Part shown: piece after piece, positions 24,340 through 37,824 of the stretch
How positions within the stretch are numbered: the first letter of the stretch is position 1
Layout: each line of letters begins with the position of its first letter
NCBI GenBank assembly: GCA_051362555.1
Contig: CM120649.1
Location: 8,866,001 to 8,930,000 of the forward strand
Reading direction: 5' to 3'
DNA from: Lingula anatina
Lineage: Eukaryota > Animalia > Brachiopoda
Length of the DNA: 64,000 bases
Translations under genes and position numbers: made by a program
The notes under the pieces: model-generated
What the model was told of the DNA's origin: nothing
Database searches by the model: none
Seen by the model: the letters and a program-made list of their open reading frames with translations, nothing else

Positions 24340-26016
24340 TTAGTGTCTACAGAAAAACAACACACAGTGCATGTGCTGTTTGCTTCTTGAAATTCGGAAA
24401 ATCTGCAGCATGCGCCTTCGTCCTACTTGAACCAGCCACTACCAGTTTCACGAACTTAGTTTCGAATGTAAGTTTGATCAGCATTTCAACTATATATACT
24501 TTCATCCGGGAATAAATTCATAGAAGATACCAGAGCCTATTTTAGTAATTTAGGCACTGATTAACGCTGGAATTGATTGAAACAGTCTATAATGAAAATC
24601 GAAACTCTGGGAAGCGAGATTTGACTGGAATGTTTTACGATAAAAAAGTCGGAAGATTTGCGTCGCTGGTGCCTGCTTTTTTGGAAAAAGTCCATGCTGA
24701 TTATTTAATTCATATTAGGCCCCATGCATATATTTTCAGGAAATACCAATGATAATATCTGAGGTCCTCTACCAGTGGAGATATTAGGCTATATGAGGGG
24801 TGGGTATCTAAGACAAGCATCAATTGACAGGTTGTAACCAAAGCAACAAAATTATGATATAATTTTCTGTTGTTATAAAGATTATTTATCAATCTTTCAA
24901 ATATGGTAAAGGGCAAAGTAATGTACCGAACAAATCATGTGCATTTTGTAGAGCAAATTTGAGAGAAAATGCATCACTCACACAGCTGAAAAGTTAAGCG
25001 GAATCTCCACATGAGGGTTAAATATGCATTCTTACAGCCGGCATGACGTCACAAGATGGCCGCCATGGGCAGTAAAACATTGGATTGCACCCATTAATCT
25101 CAATGTTAAATTGGCAAACTGATTGTTCATATCAAACAGACCAGAGGACAATTACTTGTGACATCCACTTGGTCATATTCATTAGGGTTTTAAGCGTCAG
25201 TCAATGGTCCTCAGGAGGATTTTCTAGAGCTGCTGGTGATTTTATCAGCGATAAAGCCAACCCTTCTCTAACGGGCTGCAATTACAGTTTACACCTGATA
25301 TTGTCTTTTTATCAGATATATTTCTGGAATCTTCCCACTGACAGCACCTAAATGGGACTTACCTGGATTTCCCTCCTGTCCGATGACCTTTACAGGTGAT
25401 TTAGCTAGAAGAAATAGATCGATGTTGCAATATTCACTTTATTAATTAGTGTCAGTATATGACCCTTGTGTCGATTTTATCAACCAGAAAAACTATACAC
25501 TTGTAATAATATTTTGCTTTGATTTAAATGGTGGTGAGGGAAAAACAGACTTTATATTCACTATCACAAAATACATGAAGCCTATGTCTTGTATAAAATT
25601 ATTTGTAATTCGTTTTCCACGTTTTTCAGCAGTTTTGTGGTAATTAAAACATTAGAGCTGTCAAGCACAGAAGCATGAAATCCTGTGCCTTTTGGTTATC
25701 ATTATAAAAAACCTTAAAAACAATTATTCTGATACTAATTTTCCAGGTATTCAGCAACAAATACAGAGTAATTAAAAAGTTGTAAAAATCAAACTGTCTG
25801 TACATAGAACATTTATTATCTTTATTTTCTTACAGTGTAAAAAAACATGCATATCACAGAAGTCGACCCACGAGCTTGCTGCACAGTCACAGTAATTTAC
25901 AGCTCAAATATACAGTGCAATACAAATATATTTACAAATTGCCATCTGCATGAAACATATATTAAAAAAGTTTTTAAATAAGAAATAAATGGATTGCATC
26001 CATCAAAGCTGAACAT

Positions 26017-27240
26017 CTAAACAGTTTTATGTTTCTTGGCATTTCTACTCTTATTGCAATACCACAACCTTGCTTTAGGCAGTCGCTTCAATTTTAAACA
26101 GTCTAAATGGAACCAATTGTCACATTTGTCACATGCTACCATGTCTCTGTCTTCCATTGATGACTTGCAATAGCAATACACAAGCTTGCTGGTGGATGGC
26201 ATTACTGATACATTTACATTTTCAATACGCCTTGTAAGAAGCTCTGGCCAAATGCACTTTTTCCAAAATGATGCCAACTTGGAAATCATGGTCTGAATGT
26301 AACTATCATCTCTTAACAATCTGGTCACCACACAATCTGTGGGCGACCCCACAACGAAATCTGCATAATGGGCACCAGTCACAAACATTTGAAGCTGCAC
26401 TTGTGAAAAATAAACATGTTGACCTCAAAGAAAAATCAGCTTTGAGACAAAAATTTTTGATAGATGATATGGATTCCCTGACAGACTTTTCTTTACATTG
26501 ATAAGGACATTTGATTTCTACTACTCCTAAACCACAACAGGTACACCTCATTATCCCATCAGGTGATCCTGCCAAAAAAGGCATATCCTCAGAATTGAAC
26601 AGTACACATTTTTTTAGACTACTGTCTGTGTGTTGTTGAGAAACATTATGAATGTACAAATCACGGGGGATACAATTGCTTGTTAAACTGTTTTTTGTCT
26701 GATGTATTTCATTTCCATATAAAGCAAATGCATTGTCCTCATTAAGTCTCCCCCACTCCAGGGCAGGAACCTTTGGTGACTGGCTCTGAGGGTTGCATAT
26801 TTTTTCTATGGTGGACATAGCTGGTTTTTCGATGGTTGTTTTCAATACATCTCCTGCAACGGATGCTGTGATTCTTCCAGCTCTCATTTCGTGCCATAGT
26901 GAAGATCCTGCTTGGTTTCATGTGTTTTTCTCCACCACTTCAATTTCCTCTGCATTCATCTTAATGTCTGTGCTGCTGCACATTACAGAAAGGTCACTGT
27001 GTGACAGCTCACTATCCTGGCTGTTGTACAAGTTGCGTAGAAATGCGGGGACCTTTGCTTTTTTTTCTGTCCTGGGGCCCAATTCCTTGAAGCACTCAGA
27101 ATAACCATGAAAGGTGCTTAAGCAAACAACATCAGTTCCAAATGGTTTTAATGAGTCTAGAAAAGCTTTCTGTTCCTCAGCAGTGAATGGGGGTGGCAGT
27201 TCTTTTTTTTTTTTTCACGGGCAGATTTTCGCAGTTTTAC
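26017..27240 (-). pseudogene. YqaJ-like (lambda-exonuclease PD-(D/E)XK) nuclease with a C-terminal PHD finger, transposon accessory gene (ISL2EU-like)
   Basis: WHEMRAGRITAS..ALEWGRLNE..FLAGSPDG..CTCCGLGVVEIKCPY..(fs)QLQMFVTG..ADFVV, then VYCYCK..MVACDKCDNWFHLDCL..WYC. A stop and a frameshift are present. Confidence 0.88.
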
Positions 27241-27404
27241 TTTTGCCGTGGCACTGTATCTTGATTAAACGCAACGCAAAGCTTTAATATTTCACACATT
27301 TAATAAAGTCATAAAGATGATTAACTGTGGGTATTATGAGTTTACTCTGTGAGAAACCAACCTTGCCACTTTCTGGCCGATTTGTCTGGTGGTTAGAAAA
27401 ACTT

Positions 27405-28150
27405 GCACTTATATCAAACAAACCATCAACATCTGGAGTCACTGCAGCTCTCACATGCCATGATATCCACTTCTTCCCAAACCAGTCTTGCTGAGATTCT
27501 CTGAAAAGGGTAGGCAAGAATTTCATGGCCCAGTCCATGGTCACCATATTTTGTCAGCCCAGGTAATGAGACTCTAAAATGTAGAAAAAAATTTTTTTAA
27601 TATGTAAACATATAAATAAAAATGAGCCCTTTTTTAAAAGCAATTCATAAATATAACACTTACTAAAAACCACAAGTTAGATATATAACAATAACATTCT
27701 ATAATAATAATAATAATTCATACTCACCATTAAATCAGAATTTGTTTGATCAACAACTAAGAGTGACAGAATCTGAAGTCTTGCAGTGGTGGATTCTGCT
27801 GATAGATAACATTCTACAAGAGAATGTGTCAGACTTTCACTGACTTCAGGATTCTCAGGCTGTTGTATTTGTTGCCACAGTTTATCTTCCTGACCGGGAG
27901 CTAAACAGCTCAACACAAGGTTCACTCCCTCCTTTGCTTTTTGGGTGTAAAGCCTCTTGGTGCGGGGTACCACTTCTTTTAAGAGGTGTGCAACTGTCCC
28001 TGAACAGGCTCTACTCCACCCAAGAGTCTACCTTTATGTATGCCATACGCTTGGAACATAACCATCATATCTTTGAATCATTGAACCTTCTGACTATGGA
28101 GATTCAGCTGCATTGTTGCGTTCAGTTGAAAACCATTGAAGTGAGTCAGT
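27405..28150 (-). mobile_element. Second, internally deleted Sola3-like transposase fragment
   Basis: TKRLYTQKAKE..LAPGQEDKLW..LVECYLSAES..RLQILSL (27727-27973) and MVTMDWAMKFLPTLFRESQQDWFGKKWISWHV (27440-27547), paralogous to the 13-20 kb copy. Confidence 0.72.
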
Positions 28151-28423
28151 CTCATAGAAATATGAAGAAATAAGAACGTGAAAAACTGTATCATTATGAC
28201 ATACAGAGAAATGTAAGATGAGACCCTTTCCTCCTGCAGAAATAATGAAGGCATTTGCTGGTGTGAAAATGTTTCGAATTGATTTTACTTTAGTCTTCAT
28301 TTTCTTTCTCTTTCTTTCTTATTCTTGTGGGGTGCAAGAACAGAGGATGTATTTGGCAAGGTCCCACGATTCTAACTGCACCTTTGCTGTCAAACCCTTG
28401 TGAAAATTTGTCTCATTTAACAT

Positions 28424-28617
28424 TCACTTACGGTTCTCAGTCTATTCTAGAACATTTGGTGATTTTTTTTATAGTTCTAATGTTGTTCTATGATGAATGT
28501 AACAGTTCGATCAGTGTTTTTGGGAAGTCTTTCAGAATGTCTTAGAAAAGATTAAGAACATTTGTCATGAAAAGAGAAAAACGTTATGTTCTAGGACATA
28601 TTGAGAACCGTAAGTGA
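28424..28617. mobile_element. ~195-bp MITE
   Basis: 16-bp inverted termini TCACTTACGGTTCTCA / TGAGAACCGTAAGTGA with internal TTCTAGAA-type repeats. Confidence 0.7.
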
Positions 28618-30580
28618 GCGTCAAATGAGACACATTTTCGCAGGGGAAAGGATGCATTTTTGTTATCCTCATATCAAATTTCCAAGTTTTATAAGACTGG
28701 AATTTACCAATATGTCTTTCTAAAAGCTAGCTGTTTAGTATACCAAAAAATTCAAATATTTGAAGGATTTTATTGCCTAATCATGATATTGAGTTAGCAA
28801 GTTATAACATTAAAAGACAAGTTAAACAATTTTTCCATATCAGGTAGCTCTCTTGTGCAGAGAATTACGCTAGTATTACTTGAAAGGAATGTTACTTTTT
28901 TTTCTTCATTTACCAAATTTCAGCTGATTGAAAACCAACTGACGCTGGTCTGTCTTTGTGACTTTGATAGTCAATGGTTGCCAGATAATTACGAGCCCTT
29001 ATCCTGGGGGCTTATAAGAATTCCTTTTAGAACAGTACATTAAAATATGAGAATTGATACATTGTTTCTTGTGTGTCTAAAAGAAAATAATAAGTTTGTG
29101 AAGTCATCCATTGTTTTCCCCCTTTTTTATTAAAAACCTTTAATGCTGTCATGTTGTATATATTATATCATCTCCCTGCCTTAATTTGGGGAAAATACTT
29201 GTTCCTGACATAATGTCATTCTGAAATCTTTTGTTGATGATGATTTGTCTCAATGCTGTCATAGTTTGTGAACCAGGCTCCAACCATTTTTCCTCCCTGA
29301 CATCAGGAGATAGGGTCTATGTTCCAAAGACATCTCCAGACATCTACTGGTGATCATTCTCAAAATGGTGGATGCCCCCCCCCCCCCCCCCCCCCACACA
29401 CACACACAACTTTGAATGAGTAAAAAAATCTGAATCTAATCTGATCTGTTTCTTTAAATTTTTTTTTTGTTCGTGTACCAGTATTTTGGTGACTTTGTAA
29501 CCATAAATAACAAACATGTTTTTGTGTTATATCAAATTTACACAGTGGTTTTAAAAAGTAAAAAATTTAGGCTTCTATAATAATTAAAATTAGCAGGATT
29601 TGGTTATTTTTACAAATACTTATGTACAGGTTTTATAAGTACTGAAAGAAGCTATTTTATAACTAATGGTAAAACTGGTAAAGTTGTAAACCCATAGGCC
29701 TTGACCCGTATTTTCATATTTATATATTATGTATGATAATTTAATGGTGCTGTCACAGAAAAAAAAATCATGAACCTTATGTTGCAACATGTCTTGTTTT
29801 GTGTCTGTATATTTTGCCAGCTTTGCTGTCTAGTCTTATGTTAGTGCTCATCTTATGGTTTGCGCAAAGATAATTAAGTATAAAAGATGTCTGCAGCAAT
29901 TGTGTGTGAGTAATATGGAGAATATCATTTTATTATTTCTTTGAATAAGAATATAAGAACATTTTGCAGTAAGTATACTGAAGCTTTTATACTAGCATGT
30001 ACACTACTGTTATGATCTCATTGTAGTCTTTATAAAAGATGAGTACTTTTTTTGCTTACATTGTAATTTTTTTTATTGAATTTAAAGACAAGGCATTTTC
30101 TCATCTTAAATGTCCAAAGTTATTTATTGAGTTTGCCTTAAGTAGTGCTAATAAACTAATACCAGATAAAGCAAGTCAGAATGATGACTGAATCACATTG
30201 TTAATGCCTATTATAAGCACTGGTACCTAGTTAATTCCCACCTGGTAATTCTGGAGCTGTTTGTAATCAAAGAATGTTTATTTATTTAATTAAGCTAATT
30301 AGTGCATGGGTTGAAAATGGTTTATTGGCACACGTACATGATGGTACAATAAAACATACAGTAGTGATACGTATGAAACCAAGTGTACCCTGGTGGAATT
30401 TAGTGTAACTTGTAAGAACTGGTGGTTTGACTTGCAGTATTTAATTTAATTTAAGAGAAACTGGGTTTGAGTTGTAGAGAGGCATAGATATATAAAGAAA
30501 GATGAGAAAGAGATATTAAGCATTTAAAAAGCTTCAGACTCTTATAGCTGTTGTTATATTTTCTCTCTCATGCCTCATTG

Positions 30581-30740
30581 AGCACATTCAGAACAGCAGA
30601 CTAACATATCCATGGATCACATATGGCAACCCACTAAAAAGCTTGCCACTTAATTCTTGCTTAGACACTGAATAGATTCCCTGTGGGAATTATGCTATAT
30701 TTGATGCGTGGATCTGTTAGTCCACTGTTCTAAATGCGCT
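30581..30740. mobile_element. ~160-bp palindromic MITE, copy 1
   Basis: AGCACATTCAGAACAG...ATCCATGGATCACATAT / ATATTTGATGCGTGGATCTGTTAG..CTGTTCTAAATGCGCT form ~45-bp imperfect TIRs. A second copy is at 31498-31660. Confidence 0.8.
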
Positions 30741-31473
30741 GGGTAGGTGGTAAAACTTAGGCTAACAATGGGTATGTATACAAAACTGACGAAGAATACT
30801 TGATAAATAAAATTTTTCAAGTTTTTCACCACTTGAGAGTTACTTTTACACTTACTGTAATATTTAAGATATTTCATTTACACACATAACCCCAACCAGG
30901 TAATATGATGTGACTATTTTATTCAGCAGTGCAGTGGGGATCATATATATAGTTGTATATGTGTCTGTATATGTATCAGTTTTTTATGGAAATCACTGAA
31001 CACACTGTGGACAGGATATACAGTGATAAGAGAGAGAGAGAACATTTTAAAAGTGGCAAACTACAGTTTCTTTGCAGTGAATTTAAGGCTTTTGTTTCCT
31101 TATGAAATATTACAAAGTACATATTAATATACATGGGGAATTTTTAATGCACAAATGTAAATAAAAATCACTGTGCAAATGTTTATAAATACAGTTTTTA
31201 TGTCTTTGAAAATTACATTGAAAGTCTAAAATGCAGTACTGTTATTGTCATTATTTATCATACTTGTATTATTTTAGGTAATTATATGTTTGTATCAACT
31301 GTATTCATTACTTTAGATTTTGAAAATATATTTCCCCTTGTTTTTCTCAGAATTCTCATTTCAGCATTATAAATGTACCAACCAACTTTTAATTATAAAT
31401 AAATATTAATATTATTATTATTATTTGTTGTTGTAGCTTTATTTATATGAGTGCTAAGAATATTTATGTCTAA

Positions 31474-31884
31474 GAGCTCAATCCCAATGAAAATAAGAGC
31501 ACATTCAGAACAGAGAACAAACAGATCTGCAGATCAAATGTGACCACCCACTAACAAGCTTACACACTGAACAGAGCCCCTGGGGATTATGCAACAAGCA
31601 TTCAAGTGGGTCAGCCATATTTGATCCGTGGATCTGTTAGTTCGCTGTTCTGAATGCGCTATATCTGTCCAGATAGATCAGTTCAGGGGGACTGTCACTG
31701 AATGCAATTAGATCACGAGATAAGCATGCCACCCCCTAGGCTTTGAGTAGAAATCGGAAAATATGGTCATTATACAAGTACGTTATAAACAAGAGGAAGC
31801 GTGCCAGTCTGATTGCATTCAGCGAGAGTCCCTGTGGAGTTGGATCGACTTACATAGACCAATAGTGTCATTGGGAATGAGCCC
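31474..31884. mobile_element. Harbinger-type MITE with a nested 160-bp MITE (31498-31660)
   Basis: GAGCTCAATCCCAATGA / TCATTGGGAATGAGCCC termini flanked by TAA on both sides (31471-31473, 31885-31887). Inner inverted repeat GACTGTCACTGAATGCAAT / ATTGCATTCAGCGAGAGTC. Confidence 0.75.
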
Positions 31885-34800
31885 TAAATTAAGGCACTAG
31901 TAGATATGTCAATGGCAACACTAAGACGAATAAAAATAAAATGATAAGGAGAAAGTATAGTAACAGTAAAGCAAAAACCATAGCTTGTAGTGTACAGGAC
32001 AGAGACACGTTTTAAATAGGCGGTATATATATTGCGTATATTTATAACTAGCTAGAAATTCTTTTCACCAGACCTGGCAAATTTACAGCAGCACAAATTA
32101 ACTCAAAGGTGCATATAAAGCGACTAGACTTGTCAAATTGTTGTCAATAAACTTGACCAAATGCCGCCATGTATAGTTAGGAAAAAGTATAACTTAAAGA
32201 GATAATAACTCTTCGTATGAGATCTATATTTTCAATAAAAACATTGTGAACAACTCAGAAATATAATATGTTTTACCACAAAAACGGCAGTTATAGCTAT
32301 TATTCTGATATCTGAGCTTGTCTTTAGACCACTTATCTTCCATTGATGGCTATACTCTGTTAAAAAACAAACTTTTTAGAAAAAAACGGACTAACTTTGA
32401 ATGTAAAAATGGATTCATTAACCATTGGTTAGAATGGGAAAATTGTTTACTCCAGGAAAATTCATTTTATGGCCAAAACGAAGAGTTATTATTCCTTTAA
32501 AGAAATAGCACAGGTCCTCTGAAATGGAGGGACGGATAATATATCAAGTCTACGGCCAGAAATATGATAATGTTGCAGTTTTAAAGCTTTTTTCAGATGA
32601 TAGAGTGATAAATTTCATTTTGAGTTCTTTTGTTTCTGTTGTGAAAGAAGCTGGTAGTAGTTGTAATTTGTATGCCTTACACGGGATGTACAGAGCGACT
32701 TTCTCGCTTGTAATGCATCTTAAAAGATAAAAAAACACTTTTTTCCGAAAAGACTCTTTGGAGAACTTCTGTTAACGACTTTTGGGTTTCCATTCTAAAA
32801 TATCAAACCACGAATTTGGAGAAACTGGAACAACTCCTCCTTATATAGAAAGGTAAAAATGCAAATAACGAAATTTTGGTGTAAGTCATTGAATGGCAGG
32901 ACTTTTTTTAAACGTGTATCCATATACATGTAGGTGGATTAAATATAAGAAATCGCTTTCAATTCAAAGCAAATACAAGCTGAAATCATGAAGCTCTAAT
33001 TTGAAAAGGGATTTGGAGATTTATGGTAAAAACAGAAATCCCCTAAAAGTTAGCACTTTCCAAAACGCGTTAGTAGCGGCTTTTAACAAAACGGGTATAG
33101 TGAACTTGAGAAGGCGCTTTATCTAAGAACCTTCAAGTAATAAAATTTATTTAAAAAGAAAAATATCTGGATGTTGTAATGGATGATGAAAAAAGAGAAA
33201 TCCGCATATAAACTTGGTATCCATACAGTTTGATACACAAACATGTTGATACACTTCACTGGTGTCACAATTAGGGGCGGATCCAGGATTATTTGGAGGT
33301 GTGTCCATTTTTTTTTAGAATGACAGGTCTCCGATGCGAAGGTGACCCTTGCCCCCTTGTTGTGTGGTTCGGTGTTTTGGACCCCCCACCCCTTTGTTAT
33401 TTTTATTTATTATTTTTTCTGCATGGTTATCCCCACTCCTCACTATTATTCTGCCTCCTAGGTACTCTATTGATTTCGTTTTGATAATCATTCTCAATCA
33501 AGTTCAGAGCGCAAAGTTTTATGAGGTCTATAGTTTTGGGTCTTGTAGTTCTACTAATCTTAAAACAATGTAACACATAACGGGACTCGTTTGCAGAACT
33601 CAGTAAACTAACTCTTATGAGATTTATTTTTTTTTCTTATGGAGCACATTTGGGTCCGTATGTACTGCTGCATAAAAATAAAATGTTAGATATACATGTA
33701 CAAACCTTATTCACCACAACTCTAGTGTTAGATGTTTACAGTGCTAGAGCAATAGGCGACAACATGGTTTAATTGGGCTTCGTTAATAATAATAATAACC
33801 TCATTCATTTGGGATGAAGGTCTATGGACAAAACAAAAAGGCTTGTTTGTACAATAACCTGATGATAACGTTTTTAGACTAGGGAAAAACGCAGCGTGTC
33901 TTCTCTAACACAATCCCACGACAGTGATACTATATTATGTAACCAGGTGAGCATTTTGGTGAGAGGTATTCAGATAGGACCAAGGTCAATAGGAAGAGGA
34001 AGAAGCCTCACATGCCACATTGTCACACTTTCCACGCGTAGACTGATATTTTGGCACTGATGTAGTTTGTTGTAAGTACTGTATACATGTAGATGTTATA
34101 AGGCAACACTGATCGTTTTATAATGACGATATTTTATCAAAAAGTTTACATATCCCACTTCAGTCGTAATGGATCTCGGATATATTTTATTGACATGAAT
34201 GCCGAAATGAGCTTGAAATGTTAAATAACTTCTTATGTTGGTTTTTCCAGAAGGAAAGCATTTGCTCATAGGGAAGTGAGAAGATTATTCCAGCCGTCCA
34301 AAGGTCTGAACTTGTTATTCCGTCTTAAACAAAGCAAGACGACAAAGCAGCTAGGTAACTACCGGTACATTCTCAGCTCCCAACGGGTGCCTTTTTCATC
34401 TTACGATAGTGGCATGTACAAATATATCCTGTTTATTATAGTTAACTGACAAAAACAGTGGTTTTCTACAGAACTAGCCGCGACCAGGAAAGAAAACGTA
34501 TATTTGCTAGGCACTGTCGACCTCCGTTGACTTCAATTTTCATGATTGAATTTCATACCATCCTTGATAATACAATCTGAAATAAGATGCTTGAACAAAG
34601 TATCTGATTTTAAAAGAAATTGAGCTAAAATGCTAGCGTTCGGATTACGAAATTATTTAAGTGGGTGAATTGGAATAAAGTAATTGGTAAAATTATTATT
34701 TTGTCATTGACCAGTGTTTTATGTTATCCTACAGAACCGATACAATTTGAGACTGCATTGTAACCCCCGACCCCGCATTTACAAAATCCAGAATTATCAT

Positions 34801-37800
34801 TATCAAAACTAAGCTTTCTGTCAAATGTTTACATTTATCTACTTTTAATTCCGCAAATATATAAAGTCCAAACACTGGTATCTTTAGTAACAGTTGGTAT
34901 ACAGAGCAGCGTGATTGTACTGCCGGTTTTCTGTTTTTATGATAAAATTATCTATGTGGGTAAATATGCAGTCTCCATGAAAATACTCTTCGTGGAAGGA
35001 CATGGCTTAGCAGAGATAGAAAAAACATTAAGATTAGTATGTTGACTTGTAAAAGTGTGTACAGGGCATGCAATAGTAATAATGTCAATTATAAAGTTAT
35101 AAAGTTTTTTTTTCGAAAGTTTTTCTTGTTTAAGAAGAAAAATTAACTTTATAAAGTTATAAAGTGTGTCATTGTATAGAACGTGTAGGTTCAATTTAAT
35201 TAGCATTTAGCTTTTCTTATAATATGATTTATATGTCTCTTAATGCAAACTGTAATGGATCGGTGTAAAGATTATATTTCACTTTAAAAAATATAAGATA
35301 TGGTTTCTTGCATGTGGATTTCGTATAATTTATTTCATTTTTCATTTACTTTCAGTGTCTCGTAACAACCGTCTTACGATGAAATTGGACGCACTCCCAG
35401 CAAAGACATCAGATTCGTGTTCGCCAGCGCCCGCACCCATGTCAACGTTGTCTTGCGTTTGTCGTATAGTCAACTTGCAGGGTTGACATTTGATTTGAAA
35501 TGTAATGTTTGCTTTGGGTTGTAATATTCTGCATCAAAACGTGTATCAAATGAAGTGCAACGTGTAACGAGTGGTTTATTCGTGAAACTTCTAATAAAAT
35601 GGACTAAATCCAAGCTTCAACCCTGCACGTTTCTGGTATATTACTATTCATGTGTAAATAAGCTGTAATACAGCACTCTATCAGCACACGGTGTTTTTAT
35701 TGTAATTTATATTTTTTGTTTATACCCACCAATAATCGAATCTGAAACAACACTTTTGAAGTTATCCCAAAACAAAAAATCCCTTGCTTAAGTGATCTAT
35801 GAAAATAAAATTAATTGCAAAATTATCATTAAGTGATGTGCAGGTAGAGCACTGTGCTAGTGCGACCGGTTTATTGTTTGGTTGTAAAATTATATGTGTG
35901 GGCAAATATGTAATAAGACGCTTTGTTATGCAATTGAAAATGCATTGATTTTAATGAAGCTAACTTTAGAAAAAATAAGTCGTGACTCCATTACGTAAAA
36001 TGCCCGAGTTTTATTGTGGGTTCATTGGGGAAAAAATGAACGAGATGTAAATTTACAATAAACTGTAAACGCTGCAATCCAAATATGACACTTAAGAATT
36101 AACGGCAAAATTAAATCGTAAAATGTACTCAAGTTATTACAGAATTGCCCACACGTATTGAAACGGGTCTTTTTAAAATTGTGAAAATACGGTTATGATG
36201 CATGGTAAGAATAAACTTCCTCTGGTTCCCGGTGTTTTGAAATACTAGTAGTGTGTCAGTGATAGACCCATAGTTTTATTGCTGGGATGGGGTAGAAATG
36301 TTTGTCTTTTCAGAAAATCAAACCAGGGGTTGGTTTAGTTTTTTTTTTTTTTTCGAAAGTTTTTCTTGTTTAAGAAGGAAAATTAACTTTTTACCTTCAT
36401 TACAAGGCTGATATACTATACCCTCAAAGAGAAACTGTGAATAGTAGAAATTGTTTCCTTTTGCGTCTTTTGTCAATTAAAATATATATGTAGGACTGGC
36501 ATTTATCACATCTTTTACAACTTGAAAATTTAAAAATCCGTATCAAACCTGTATCAAAAACTACAGTTGCCGCAAAGCTCTGTTTTAGGGGTAATAGGTA
36601 TTACCTAGTAATTAAACGAACTTTGTGAATCCTCTAAAACACGGGATTTTCTGTTAGTTGCCAATTTACTTTTTCTTTTGTGAATTTTTTGTCTACTCAA
36701 ATATGTCAAAAATAAAAATTCTAAAAAATTCAGAAAAATGAAACTTTGATTGGTTAAAGTAAAAGATTTACACAAAATTTGAAGGTCAGTGTTTTATTTA
36801 ATATTGATATTGTACTTGGTACTTTCTCTTTATTTTGGTCGGGATCAAGGGGAGATTAAGAATAAAAGGCCTGATTAGGTGCCAGTCTTGCAGTGCTGTT
36901 GGGTTATTTTTGCTGAGTGTTTCTTGATCACTGAACACCGGAGACCGTTGAGTTTTTTAGCATTTTCTGAGTAAATGTGCTTAGTTATTTTAAGTAAACT
37001 AGTTTTCGCACAACCTTTTCCATTTTGTTTACATATTGTTGTTAAAAATGACTATGACTGGGATAAGGTTGTAAACTGACCATGTTTTCATGCTGGTCTC
37101 GATTCGCACGACGCATAAATTTAAGTGTTCACTCAAAATTGTGCCACCAAAAATATTATTTTAAGAGAAGAAAAAATGACGCACATTATCAGGTACATAT
37201 TTATTTATCTATGAAAAAAAACTCTCGAATTTACAGAATTGAATAATGTTTGACTGGTGTTTGTTTTTTGTGATCATCAGCATGGCGACATAGAGTAAGT
37301 TGCGGTGTCATGAGTGTGTACCCGCGTGCGGGGGGAACGCTTACATGAGATCATATGCATTTTGAATTTCGATACTGTTGCCACCTTTGAATTATGGATA
37401 AAAATGTCCGTTGGTAAAATTTAGGATCAGTCACAAGACAAATACTCCAATGTCAACTTTGAACGATGGCTGTTAAATACATCACGTCGAATCTTCAACT
37501 TTCTCTTTTAACTCTGGGCAAAAAAAACAACAACAAATTTTATGTTCTTTTTTAAAACCAAAACGATTGATCTGGAGCGACACTTCAAACTGCATAGAAT
37601 CTCCCACACATTTAGCTGTAGATAGTTGTATTTAAGATTGATTTACATCTCAAATTGTGCAGTCGTTATGAAAATTACTTTTTTTATGTAGAGCCAAAAC
37701 TTTATGTTCGGATTTTGCCAACATCTGTATGGTGCAATTGCTTGTATATGTTATAATAAACATACATAAATGTTGTAAACTGTGCAAAATGTCACGGGCT

Positions 37801-37824
37801 CATTCCTGACTTTTCTGTTCTTCA

